From NCBI GenBank assembly GCA_963833225.1, contig CAWHXD010000008.1, positions 544,001 through 608,000 on the forward strand: a DNA stretch of 64,000 bases, in the 5' to 3' direction. The notes under the pieces were generated by a model. That model worked only from the letters and a program-made list of their open reading frames with translations, did no database searches and was not told the origin of the DNA. Of the stretch, positions 10,801 through 20,120 are shown piece by piece; positions within the stretch are counted from its first letter, which is position 1; each line of letters starts with the position of its first letter. The DNA is from an uncultured Chloroflexia bacterium (GTDB taxonomy: Bacteria; Chloroflexota; Limnocylindria; Limnocylindrales; CSP1-4). The position numbers and the translations under genes were made by a program.

Positions 10801-11088
10801 GGCCAGATTCAGGTGAGGTGCGCACGATCCGTCTCTTCGCGGCCGTTCATGGCCAGATTCAGGTGAGGTGCGCACTATCGCGTGCCGATCGCCCTCAGGG
10901 CGGCCAGATTCTTGCGAGGTGCGCCTTCGGCCAGCTACAGGCGGCCCAACACGCACTCCATCGGAATCTGGCCGCTTCGGAACCGCGGCGGCACAGGGCA
11001 TGAGCACGACCGCGGACCAGGTGGGCGCAATCCGTTCCCAGCGTCCGGCCAGATGCCCGCGGGATGCGCACCTGGTCTGAATCTGGCC
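10801..11088. repeat. TIR-bounded non-coding element (238 bp, 10851-11088) with a duplicated left end
   Basis: ggccagattcaggtgaggtgcgca at 10801 and 10851, variant at 10902; inverted copies gaatctggcc end at 10973 and 11088 (21/24 match for the last one). Confidence 0.7.
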
Positions 11089-11118
11089 TGCTGCGCCCAC
11101 CCGGCGAGTGGATCCGCG

Positions 11119-11181
11119 GGGAACCGGGGTCGAGGCGGGAACCGGGGTCGAGGCGGGAACCGGGGTCGAGGCGGGAACCGG
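11119..11181. repeat. 18-bp tandem repeat x3.5
   Basis: gggaaccggggtcgaggc repeated. Confidence 0.9.
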
Positions 11182-11364
11182 CTGTCGCCTGACCCGGAGG
11201 CCTGTCTGCCGGTCGGGACCCACGACCTGCCGCCTCAGGACCAGCAGCCCTTCCTGCTGATCCACGGCCGAACCACGATTGACTTGGAGCCTCGACCCGA
11301 GCATCGGCGACGGGCGCGGTGGGGCGACACCGCGCGGTGCCGCGGCAGACAGGGGTGTGGACGC

Positions 11365-12282
11365 GTGCCGAACCTGGTGATCGAGGCAACCGGCCTCACC
11401 AAGTCCTATGGATCGCGACGCGGCATCGAGGATGTCACGTTCGCGGTCGAGGAAGGCCGGGCGTTCGGCTTCCTCGGCCCCAACGGGGCGGGCAAGACAA
11501 CCACGATCCGCGTCCTGCTCGGGTTCCTGCGGCCAACCGGGGGCACGGCCCGCCTGTTCGGGGCCGACGCGTTCGCGATGGCCCCGAGCCTCCACGCGAA
11601 CGTGGCCTACCTCGGCTCGGACCCGGGGTTCCTCGGCGAGCTGACCGGCGCCGAGCAGCTGGACTACCTCGCGAAGCTCCGGGGCCTGCCGCGACGAGCC
11701 TGGGCCCGTCTCGCGGAGCGGCTGGAGCTGGATCCCACGGTCCGGATCCGCCGCCTCAGCCGCGGCAACCGCCAGAAGATCGGCGTCGTCGCGGCGTTCA
11801 TGGGCACGGAGCCGCTGCTCGTCCTCGACGAGCCGACCAACGGCCTGGACCCGCTCATGCAGCGCGAGTTCCTCGCCCTCCTCGCCGATGCCCGCGAGGA
11901 TGGCCGCACCGTGTTCCTCTCGAGCCACAACCTGGTCGAGGTCGAGCGGGCGTGCGACGAGGTCGCCATCATCCGTGACGGCCACATCGTCGAGATCACG
12001 AACGTCTCGGACCTCCTCGCTTCGCACTGGCGCTCGATCAACCTCGTGCTCGCGAGGCCGGCACGCGCCGCCGACTTCGAGCTGCCCAACGTCGAGATCG
12101 CCGCGCTCACGGGCCGCGAGGTCCACCTGATGGTCCGGGGCGACATCAACCCGCTGCTGGCGCGCATCGCCGCCCACGAGGTTGCCGACATCGCGATCAC
12201 GACCCCGGACGTCGAGGACCTGTTCCTCCGCCAGTACCGCGAGCCCGGCAGTCCCACGGTCCGCGAGGAGGTGCGGGCATGA
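11365..12282 (+). CDS. ABC transporter ATP-binding protein
   Basis: GPNGAGKTT, LSRGNRQK, LVLDEPT; GTG start at 11365 (the longer ORF runs through repeats). Confidence 0.9.
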   Translation: MPNLVIEATGLTKSYGSRRGIEDVTFAVEEGRAFGFLGPNGAGKTTTIRVLLGFLRPTGGTARLFGADAFAMAPSLHANVAYLGSDPGFLGELTGAEQLDYLAKLRGLPRRAWARLAERLELDPTVRIRRLSRGNRQKIGVVAAFMGTEPLLVLDEPTNGLDPLMQREFLALLADAREDGRTVFLSSHNLVEVERACDEVAIIRDGHIVEITNVSDLLASHWRSINLVLARPARAADFELPNVEIAALTGREVHLMVRGDINPLLARIAAHEVADIAITTPDVEDLFLRQYREPGSPTVREEVRA

Positions 12283-13073
12283 CCGCACTCCGGATGGAGC
12301 TGCGTCGCAACCGCTCGCTCGTGGTCGCGCTCGCGGTCGGCATGGGGGCATACGGCGCGATCATGGGCGCCATGTACCCGTTCATGGTCGAGAACGACGC
12401 CATCTTCACCTCCTACATGGAGGCGTTCCCGCAGGAGTTCCTGGCCGCCTTCGGGATGACCGGGGGGCTCAGCGATCCCGGCGTGTTCTTCACCACCTAC
12501 ATCGCATCGTGGCTGTGGCCGATCACGGCCGCTGCCGTCGCGCTGCTGCTGGGCACCCGAGTCGCCGTGGACCTGGACCGCGGCTTCCTCGACCTCCCAC
12601 TGGCCACGCCCGTGTCCCGGATCCGGTACCTGGCCGGGTCGATCGTCGGTCAGGCCGTCGCGATGGCGCTCGTCGCAGCCGCGACGGTCGGCGCGCTGTG
12701 GGTGGTCGGGATCGTAGCTGGCGCCGCCTTCGAGCCCGGGCGCTTCTTCCTCGCCGGAGTCATGTGCTGGCTCTTCGGGTGTGCCATCGCCGGCGTCACG
12801 ACCCTGTTCGCGGTCGCCACCCTGAGCCGCGGTCGTGCGGCCGGAATCGTGAGCGCCATCCTGATCGCGATGTACCTCGTGTTCGTGGTCTCCCAGATCA
12901 GCACCGACTGGTCGTGGCTTGCCCCCGTGAGCGCGTGGAACCATTTCCGGGCCACGGAGCTCATCGACGATGGCGTCCTTCCGGCCGGTGACGTCGCCCT
13001 GTTCACGGGTATCGCGCTCGCGGGCTGGGCCGCTGCGCTGGTTGCATTCCGAAGGCGGGACCTGGCCGCCTGA
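12279..13073 (+). CDS. ABC-2 type permease
   Basis: Six hydrophobic segments, DLDRGFLDLPLATPVSR motif, FRRRDL terminus. Confidence 0.88.
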   Translation: MTALRMELRRNRSLVVALAVGMGAYGAIMGAMYPFMVENDAIFTSYMEAFPQEFLAAFGMTGGLSDPGVFFTTYIASWLWPITAAAVALLLGTRVAVDLDRGFLDLPLATPVSRIRYLAGSIVGQAVAMALVAAATVGALWVVGIVAGAAFEPGRFFLAGVMCWLFGCAIAGVTTLFAVATLSRGRAAGIVSAILIAMYLVFVVSQISTDWSWLAPVSAWNHFRATELIDDGVLPAGDVALFTGIALAGWAAALVAFRRRDLAA

Positions 13074-13102
13074 CGCCCGCTCGCGCCGAAGCCGACGCGC
13101 GG

Positions 13103-15131
13103 CTAGGAGCTCCCCGGAGACGTCGCTTCCAGCACGGCGAGGATCTCGTCGCCGTATGCCTCGATCTTTGCCGGGCCCATGCCCTTGACCCGGCGCAGCG
13201 CCGCGAGCGACCGCGGCCGTGCCTCGGCGATGGCGGCCAGGGTCGCGTCGTGGGCGACGACATAGGGCGGGGTGGCGAGCGCCCGCGCCTTCGCCGTGCG
13301 CCAGCCACGGAGCGCCTCGTACACCGGATCCCCGGAGGCGCCGGGCCGGGTACGGGTGCGGGCCTCGAGCTCGGCGGCCTGGCCGGTCGGGGGCAGCTGG
13401 CGGATCCGGGTGCCCGGTCGCGGACGCAGGTCGAGCAGGAAGCGGCTCGGCTCGCGCTTGACCTCCCGGCCGCGGGTCTCGCGGCGTTCCGCCCACGAGA
13501 GCGCGAGGTGAGCGCGGGCACGGGTGATGCCGACATACAGCAGCCGGCGCTCCTCGGCAAGCGCGGCATCATCGTCCTTCGCCTGGCGGATGGGCAGGAT
13601 CCCCTCCTCCAGGCTGGGCAGGAACACCGCGTCCCACTCGAGCCCCTTGGCCCGGTGGTAGGTCAGCAGGTTCACGCCGTCGGCCGAGCCCGCCCGCTCG
13701 TGTGCCGCGCGGGCCTCCAGGTCACCGATCACGGCGGCCACGTCCGCCGCCGGGTCCCCGGCCACCAGCCCGTCGACGATCGCGACCAGGGTGTCCAGCG
13801 ACGCCTGGCGCTCGCGGGCCTCATCGCCCTCGGGAGCCGCATCCGCCTCCCAGCCGAGCGCTTCGGCCCAGCGGGCACGGATGGCGGCCGCCAGCTCGAT
13901 CCCGTGCGCGTCGATGGCCGGGCGTCGCAGCCCGATCACCGCCGCGCGAACCTCGGGCCGGTCGTAGAAGCGCATGCCCCGGACCTGGTAGGCGATCCCC
14001 GCGCGGGTCAGCCCCTCCTCGACCGGGGCCAGCTGGGCGTTCATCCGCACCAGGACGGCGATCTCCCCGGGTGCGATCCCCTCGTCGAGGCGGGCGCGGA
14101 TCCAGGTCGTCATCGCGGCCAGCTCCCGGGCCGCGTCCCGGTGCTTCGAGATCGTCGGCAGCGGGCCGTCGGGGCGCGTGGGGACCAGGCGCTTGGCACG
14201 CCCCTCGGCCGCGATCAGCCGGTTGGCGAGCTCCAGGACCTGCGGCGTGGACCGGTAGTTGCGGTCCAGCGGCAGCACGCGGGCGTCCGGCCAGCGGGTC
14301 GCGAACGAGGTCAGGAACGTCGAGGTCGCACCCGTGAACGTGTAGATCGTCTGGTCCTCGTCGCCCACGACGCACAGGTCCCGGCTGTCGGGTCCCAGCC
14401 ACAGCTCCAGGAGCCGCTGCTGGAGGGGGTTCGTGTCCTGGTACTCGTCCACGCTGAACCAGCGCTTGCGCGCGCGGACGGTCGCCGCGGCCTCGCTCGT
14501 CGGTCTCGAGCAGGTCGCCGGTCCAGAGGAGGAGGTCGTCGAAGTCGATCCGGTGCTGGCGGGCCTTCTCGCGCTCGTAGCCCCGATAGACACGGACGAA
14601 CAGGTCGGCAGGGATCGGCGGCTCGCGGCGGTGGCCCGTGGCCCCGGTCTCGTAGTCGCCGGGGGCGATGCGGCGCGACTTCGCCCACTCGATCTCGTCG
14701 GCGAGGTCCTTGGCGGGCGTGAACCGATAGTGCCCCGGCAGCTGGCGCGCGAGCCGGCTCACGATCAGCCCCTTGGAGTCGAGCAGGCCGGGAAGCGGTT
14801 CGCCGTCGTGACGGAGCGGCCAGAAGAACCGGAGCTGGCTCAGGGCATGGGCGTGGAAGGTCCGTGCCGTGACACCCGGCAAGCCGAGGGTCCTCAGCCG
14901 CTCGACCATCTCGCCCGCGGCCTTCTCGGTGAAGGTGACGATCAGCACCTGGTCCGCCGGGACGACGTCGGTCCCGATCGCGTAGGCGGCTCGCCGGCTG
15001 ATCACGCGCGTCTTGCCGGAGCCCGCGCCCGCGAGGATCGCGACCGGCCCGCTCGTGGCGAGGACGGCGTCTCGCTGCTCCGGGTCCAGGTCGGCGAGGA
15101 GCTGCTCGGGTTCGAGGCGCGTCCGGGTCAC
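13103..15131 (-). CDS. uvrD2: UvrD2-like SF1 DNA helicase with C-terminal HRDC (frameshift near 14495)
   Basis: AGAGSGKT, VDEYQD, VGDEDQTIY, NYRS, TYHRAKGLEW, EERRLLYVGITRA, HRDC (LRGWR...PPYVV...GMGPAK). Confidence 0.88.
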
Positions 15132-15208
15132 CGCCCGAGGCTAGCAGGGCTGGCTTTGGCGCGGCTTACGAACCGGGCGGGATGTGGTGCCAGGGGTTCG
15201 ATCGCGGC

Positions 15209-15787
15209 TCAGTGCCCCACGTTGGCCCAGTAGCGGCGCAGGCAGATGTCCGCTTCGTGCTCCGCACGAGCAAGGTCGTCGCGGCAGGCCTCGAGCCACG
15301 ACTCCGTGGCGAACAGCCACGCCAGCGCAAACGGCGGGAGCGCCATCACCACCCAGGTCGCGGCCGCCGCCGGATCCGCATCCGTGATCCGCGGCCAGAG
15401 CAGCAGCGCCAGCGCGAGGAGCAGGCCCACCGGCACCCAGCCGGCGATGATGAGGCTCAGCATGGCGTCGTCGCCGTCGATGTCCTTCGCGCGCTCCCAG
15501 GCACGCTCGCGCGCCTCGTCCGGTGGCCGCCCATGCAGCCGCTGCGATCCCCGGATCCAGGTCCCGTAGCCGAGAAGCAGGCCGAAGGCAGCCCAGGCGA
15601 TCCTGTTGCAGGCCTCCTCGCCCGGGTCCGCCACGAGCGGCCACAGGGCGAGCAGCACCAGGGCGCCCACGAGCGCGACGCCACGGCCCATCACGCCGGC
15701 CAGCGCCGCTCGCACAGGTGCCTCGACCGCGGAACGCGGGTCGCTGTCCATCGCCGGAGTGTCGGCCCTGCGCGATGCCATCCGCAC
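15209..15787 (-). CDS. Hypothetical membrane protein (about 4 TM)
   Basis: Four hydrophobic stretches; CACCAT-N6-GTG leaderless-type start. Confidence 0.65.
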   Translation of the reverse strand: MRMASRRADTPAMDSDPRSAVEAPVRAALAGVMGRGVALVGALVLLALWPLVADPGEEACNRIAWAAFGLLLGYGTWIRGSQRLHGRPPDEARERAWERAKDIDGDDAMLSLIIAGWVPVGLLLALALLLWPRITDADPAAAATWVVMALPPFALAWLFATESWLEACRDDLARAEHEADICLRRYWANVGH

Positions 15788-15934
15788 GGGCCGATGGTGG
15801 TCCCCCGACCGGGGCGGTTGGCCCGATCGCTACCCGCGTCCGCGCGGCCCGCACCGCAACCGAGCGTTCGCGCGGTGCCGCCGGTTGTCCGGTGGTCCGC
15901 GCGCCGGGCGCCGCCGGTGGTCCGCGCGCCGGCC

Positions 15935-16053
15935 CAACCGTCCGCCAGAGCCAACAAGTTGACCGCCGACCGAGGCGTTCGTCGGCCAGGACAGCTCCCC
16001 ACGGAACGAACGTGCCGCCCGCCGGACCAGGTGTCCGTTGCGCCCGACCGTTG
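15935..16053. repeat. 119-bp TIR element, copy A
   Basis: Begins caaccgtccgc, ends cgaccgttg; aligns without gaps to copy C (75/119 by hand count). Confidence 0.75.
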
Positions 16054-16113
16054 ATCCGGCGCGCGGCGCGGCAGCGGGACCGGACGCCGCGTCTCCCCGT
16101 CCCACCAGCCGAC

Positions 16114-16770
16114 TCAGACGAGGAGGATGCCGCTGAGTGGCGGGATCCGACCCGCCCGCAGCGCTCGAGCCACAGCGGCGCCGTCGAGCGGAAACTGGGA
16201 CCGAAGAGCCTCGCGGTGTTCTGCGAGGATCCGGCGGTTGTGGGCCGTGTCGTTCACGACGAGGATGACGACCCCGCTGCCTGGATCGTCCCGCTGCTTG
16301 ATCGAGATGCGCCGCGAGAGCGCCTGTGCGTCGAGGATCTTCGACTCGCCCTCGATCGACGCCGTGGCACCCCCATCCGAGATCCGCCCATCCCACGCCC
16401 GAAGGTCGCCGGGAGCTGGGAGCGGAACCTCCCGCCTGAGCCGGAGCGGTGATCCGAGCATCGCGACGAAGCGATCCAGCAGAGCGAGCTGCGCCCGGTC
16501 CCGGATCCGCTCGCCCGATGGATACAGCGAGAGTGCCGGGGTCAGCCCAACCGCTCGAGCGGCGCGACACAGCAACTCCATCGGCGGGGCCGAAAGCTCG
16601 CGCCGGACCAGCCGGCCCCATCGTGAAGGCGAGACCCCGGCACGACGAGCGGCGGCGCTGCGGCTGATCCCGTGGATGACCCGTGCAGTCTCGATCTCGC
16701 GCACGGCGAACTCGACCAGGCGCCGAGCATCCTCGACACCCACGTCCATCGGGCGTGCTCGAGTTCCCAT
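16114..16770 (-). CDS. XRE-type HTH + PD-(D/E)xK/DUF559-like nuclease-fold protein
   Basis: GISRSAAARRAGVSPSRWGRL HTH; REVPL...RAWDGRI...IEGESK resembles the E...D...ExK restriction-endonuclease-like core. Confidence 0.72.
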   Translation of the reverse strand: MGTRARPMDVGVEDARRLVEFAVREIETARVIHGISRSAAARRAGVSPSRWGRLVRRELSAPPMELLCRAARAVGLTPALSLYPSGERIRDRAQLALLDRFVAMLGSPLRLRREVPLPAPGDLRAWDGRISDGGATASIEGESKILDAQALSRRISIKQRDDPGSGVVILVVNDTAHNRRILAEHREALRSQFPLDGAAVARALRAGRIPPLSGILLV

Positions 16771-16924
16771 GGCGCAACCATGACAGGCGCCCGTCATCGC
16801 GGACTTATGCGGGCGGGCCCCAGGACTGCGGTGTCGTGCCCACGACCTGGCGCCTGGGGACCCTCCGCTCGACGATCTCGAGCTCGCCGCGCTCAGCGGT
16901 CCGTCCTCGCTCCTCTCAGCGGTC

Positions 16925-17043
16925 CAACCGTCCGCTCGGACCAACGTGCGTGCCGGTCATCGACCCGACCGTCACCTGAGCGCGGTCCTGAGCCATCAGA
17001 TGTGGCGCCGGGAGACGCAAACGTCGCCGCCGACCGACCGTTG
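16925..17043. repeat. 119-bp TIR element, copy B
   Basis: Begins caaccgtccgctcgg, ends cgaccgttg; 72/119 ungapped identity to copy C by hand count. Confidence 0.75.
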
Positions 17044-17130
17044 AGCCGCGGGAGGAGGCGGAGGCGGAGGCGGAGGCGGAGCGGTGGGGGGGGAGCGACG
17101 GACGAAGCCGCGGGGCGGTTGGCCCGATCG

Positions 17131-18057
17131 CTACCCGCGTCCGCCCACCAACCGGGCCATCGTCGTGAGCCTCCGGACCTCTCCGTCGGCCAGCTCGAGA
17201 TCGGCGGCCGCGACATTCTCCTCGAGTTGCTCGACCGTGCGGGCGCCGGGGATGGCGATCGTATTGGGGTGCGCGAGAACCCAGGCAAGCGACACCTGCG
17301 CAGGCGTGGCGCCGTACGCCGTCGCCACTTCCCCGATCACATCGCGGAGCGCGTCGATGCCCGGCCGCCGGCTGGCCATCCTGCCCTGCGGCCGCGCGAA
17401 CCGGCTGCTTCCGGGCATGGTCGTCCGACCCGCGAGCACTCCCTGGCCCAGCGGCGAGTAGGCCACCACCGCCCGCCCGTTGGCAGCCGCCCACGGGACG
17501 AGATCGTCGGCAGGTTCAGGAGCGGCCAGCGAGAACTGCACCTCGTTCGCCACGACGTGCCCCCGCAGGGCGCGTTCCGACTCCTGCCACTGGGCGAGCG
17601 TGAAGTTCGACACGCCGGCATGACGCACGATCCCCTCCTCCACCAGCGGCCGGACCGACTGCATCACGCGCCGCGCGGACACGAACGGGTTCTTCCAGTG
17701 GACGTAGAGCAGGTCGATCGCGTCGGTACGCAGCCGCCGCCGAGACCCGTTGACCTGCCAGGCGACGATCTGCTCGATCGGGGCGATCGGGGTGAACTTG
17801 GTCGCGACCAGGAGCCCCGCGCGGAGCTCGGCCGGCAGGGATGCCAGCGCCTCCCCGATGATCCGCTCGGAGCGGGCCGGGCCGTACCCCTCGGCCGTGT
17901 CGAGCATCGTGATCCCGAGCTCCGCTGCCCGCCGGATCAACGCAGGCGCCGTGACGTTGGCGTATTCCTCGCCGTAGCCCCACTCCCGGGTTCCCATCTG
18001 CCAGGTGCCCAGCCCGATGCGGGAGAGCCGCATCCCCTCGATCTCGATATAGCGCAT
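17131..18057 (-). CDS. Aldo/keto reductase
   Basis: IGLGTWQ, DTAEGYG, IDLLYVHW, GVSNF, AYSPLGQG, IPGART. Confidence 0.95.
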   Translation of the reverse strand: MRYIEIEGMRLSRIGLGTWQMGTREWGYGEEYANVTAPALIRRAAELGITMLDTAEGYGPARSERIIGEALASLPAELRAGLLVATKFTPIAPIEQIVAWQVNGSRRRLRTDAIDLLYVHWKNPFVSARRVMQSVRPLVEEGIVRHAGVSNFTLAQWQESERALRGHVVANEVQFSLAAPEPADDLVPWAAANGRAVVAYSPLGQGVLAGRTTMPGSSRFARPQGRMASRRPGIDALRDVIGEVATAYGATPAQVSLAWVLAHPNTIAIPGARTVEQLEENVAAADLELADGEVRRLTTMARLVGGRG

Positions 18058-18131
18058 GACGGGAGTGTAGGTTCGATCGCCGAAGTGCTCTGTGACAGAC
18101 AGGTGGCACGGGCTCGCGCGATCATCACGCT

Positions 18132-18362
18132 ATGCACTGGCCGTTTCGGCGCCGGGACCCCGCTCCCGAACCACGCCGCCCCCACGCCCGCCCTGTCCTC
18201 CACGACCGTGTCGACGACGGCGTCTTCCCCGTGTTCGTGTGCTCCACGTGTGGCCGGACCGACCTGCCGGAAACCGGCGACTGGGACCCGCCGATCTGCG
18301 AGGAGTGCGACGCCGCCATCAACTTCGACGCGCTCACGATGGAGATGGACGACAGCGATTGA
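18132..18362 (+). CDS. Small zinc-ribbon-like protein
   Basis: CSTC...CEEC pair in 76 aa; GATCAT-N6-ATG start; fills the intergenic gap. Confidence 0.6.
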   Translation: MHWPFRRRDPAPEPRRPHARPVLHDRVDDGVFPVFVCSTCGRTDLPETGDWDPPICEECDAAINFDALTMEMDDSD

Positions 18363-18370
18363 CTCATGAG

Positions 18371-18391
18371 GATGAGCCGTCTAGGCTCATC
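18371..18391. promoter_or_regulatory. Inverted-repeat operator overlapping the -10 of the vapBC operon
   Basis: gatgagcc-gtcta-ggctcatc containing TAGGCT 6 nt before the ATG at 18394. Confidence 0.6.
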
Positions 18392-18393
18392 TT

Positions 18394-18660
18394 ATGACTA
18401 AGCGGTTGCAGGTTCTCGTCCCGGACACTGAGCTGCGCGATATCCAGCGCCTCGCCCGCCGCCGCCATCTGACGACGGCCGAGTGGGTGCGTCAGGCGCT
18501 GCGAGCCGCGCACCGGGCCGAGCTCGGCGCTTCGGCGGTTGACAAGCTCGCGGTCATTCGTCATGCGAGCGCCCATGCCTTCCCGGTCGGGGAGATCGAC
18601 TCGGTCCTGGCCGACATCGAGCGTGGCTACGCGGAGGCAGGGGTCGACGGGGAGTCGTGA
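18394..18660 (+). CDS. vapB: Ribbon-helix-helix antitoxin (VapB-like)
   Basis: MTKRLQVLV...AEWVRQAL RHH pattern; overlaps the PIN gene. Confidence 0.8.
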   Translation: MTKRLQVLVPDTELRDIQRLARRRHLTTAEWVRQALRAAHRAELGASAVDKLAVIRHASAHAFPVGEIDSVLADIERGYAEAGVDGES

Positions 18661-19058
18661 CGGCCTTCGTCGACTCCAACATCCCGATGTACCTGGTCGG
18701 GGCTGAACATCCGAACAAGCACGCGGCCCGCGCGGCCTTGGAGCGTGCCGTTGCGGACGGCGAGCGCCTCGTGACCGATGCCGAGGTGATGCAGGAGATC
18801 CTCGATCGCTACACCGCGATCAACCGGCCTGCGGCCATCGACCCAGCGATCGAGGCCCTGCTTGGCGTGGTGGACGAGGTCGTTGCGATCGATCGTGAGC
18901 TGGTGCTCGCTGCGAGCCGCCTCGTTGCCCGGGTCGCGGGGCTATCTGCACGCGATGCGATCCATGTGGCGGTCATGCGCCGACACGGCATCGACGACAT
19001 CCTGACGTTCGATACCGGGTTCGATGTCGTGACCGGGCTCCGCCGCCGCCCTGCCTGA
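18657..19058 (+). CDS. vapC: PIN-domain toxin VapC
   Basis: FVDSNI, EVMQE, LSARDAIHVA, ILTFDTGFD. Confidence 0.92.
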   Translation: MTAFVDSNIPMYLVGAEHPNKHAARAALERAVADGERLVTDAEVMQEILDRYTAINRPAAIDPAIEALLGVVDEVVAIDRELVLAASRLVARVAGLSARDAIHVAVMRRHGIDDILTFDTGFDVVTGLRRRPA

Positions 19059-19067
19059 CGGACCGAC

Positions 19068-20060
19068 TCAGGCCGTCGGGTTACGGATGAACAGGCGCAT
19101 CCGGCGCGGCGGGGGGTCGCGGCGCTCGCGGCCACGCCCCAGGCCGGCCAGCAACGCCAGGACCAGCAGGATCCACGGCGCCCCGCCCAGGAGGAGCTGT
19201 GCGACGACGCTCAGGAGGAGCTGTACGACGACGCTCAGCCAAGCGTCCTGCTGGCCCCCAAGGATGGGCAGGATCGAGACGAGGCGCGCCGCGATGAGCA
19301 CCACGCCCGCCAGCATCCCGATCGCCCAGGCGCGCCTCGGCCGTTGGCGAGCCTGGAACCCCACGAACAGCCGCACCGCCACGATGCACCACAGCACCGT
19401 GTCGACGGTGTACAGGAACAGGGCGGCGAGGTTCAGCCAGAACAACGGCTGCCCCAGCGCCGATCCCAACTCGTCGTCCTGGGGCAGGTAGAACGCTACG
19501 AGCCAAGCCCCCAGGATGACGCCCACCACGATGGCCGCTGCGAGCCGGGGCCTGCCGATGCGGGCACCGGCGTCGAGCATTCCGTCGGAGAGCGCCCAAA
19601 CCCCCGCGATCCCGATCACGCCCATACCCACCCTGAGCAGTCCAAGCGACAGCCCAACGGGCGACTCGAGGTCGAATGCGAGGTCGGTCGCCTCGAACAG
19701 CCACGTCTGCGCCAGCGTGACGGCGCCACCTCCGAGCACCTGCGTGGCGAGCAGCGCGGTCCCCCGGAGCAGCAGCGGCGTCCGCAGCCGCGCACCGGGC
19801 ACGCCCCACTCGAGCGCCGCGGGCAACGCGATGATCGAGGCGTCCGTGATGCTCCACCATGCGAGCCGCGCCACCTCGAGCCAGTTCCAGCTCCGGATGT
19901 CCCCCATGTCCAGAACGGGGCGTATCCCGTTCGCGAACCAGGCCGCGGCAACCACCAGCGAGACCCAGCCAACCCACGTGAGCGCCGAGAGGCTCGCTCC
20001 CGGGCCGCGCAGCTCGGGCGCCGGCACCCGCATGGGACGCCGATGAACGATCGTGGCCAC
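19068..20060 (-). CDS. Hypothetical polytopic membrane protein
   Basis: Eight or more hydrophobic segments; no recognised family motif. Confidence 0.65.
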   Translation of the reverse strand: MATIVHRRPMRVPAPELRGPGASLSALTWVGWVSLVVAAAWFANGIRPVLDMGDIRSWNWLEVARLAWWSITDASIIALPAALEWGVPGARLRTPLLLRGTALLATQVLGGGAVTLAQTWLFEATDLAFDLESPVGLSLGLLRVGMGVIGIAGVWALSDGMLDAGARIGRPRLAAAIVVGVILGAWLVAFYLPQDDELGSALGQPLFWLNLAALFLYTVDTVLWCIVAVRLFVGFQARQRPRRAWAIGMLAGVVLIAARLVSILPILGGQQDAWLSVVVQLLLSVVAQLLLGGAPWILLVLALLAGLGRGRERRDPPPRRMRLFIRNPTA

Positions 20061-20120
20061 GCGGTCCCCTTCGATGACGGTGGACCTCGAGTGTAGGTCG
20101 CGACCGGCTGCCGATGGGAC

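Larger units (their letters stand above)
15810..17144. mobile_element. Putative selfish cassette: HTH-nuclease gene between two 119-bp TIR elements, bounded by a 34-bp direct repeat
   Basis: Identical cggggcggttggcccgatcgctacccgcgtccgc at 15810-15843 and 17111-17144; internal modules at 15935-16053 and 16925-17043; mobility is inferred. Confidence 0.5.

Noticed and set aside
8350-12351. 1333-aa minus-strand ORF and similar long antisense ORFs (e.g. 20053-22527, 59135-61486)
   Set aside because: Shadow ORFs of high-GC coding strands with no domain motifs; only the last 84 codons of 20053-22527 are a real antitoxin.
14480-14510. Programmed frameshifting in uvrD2 and other split genes
   Set aside because: No slippery heptamers; indels are scattered across many unrelated genes, often at short homopolymers, consistent with sequencing error.
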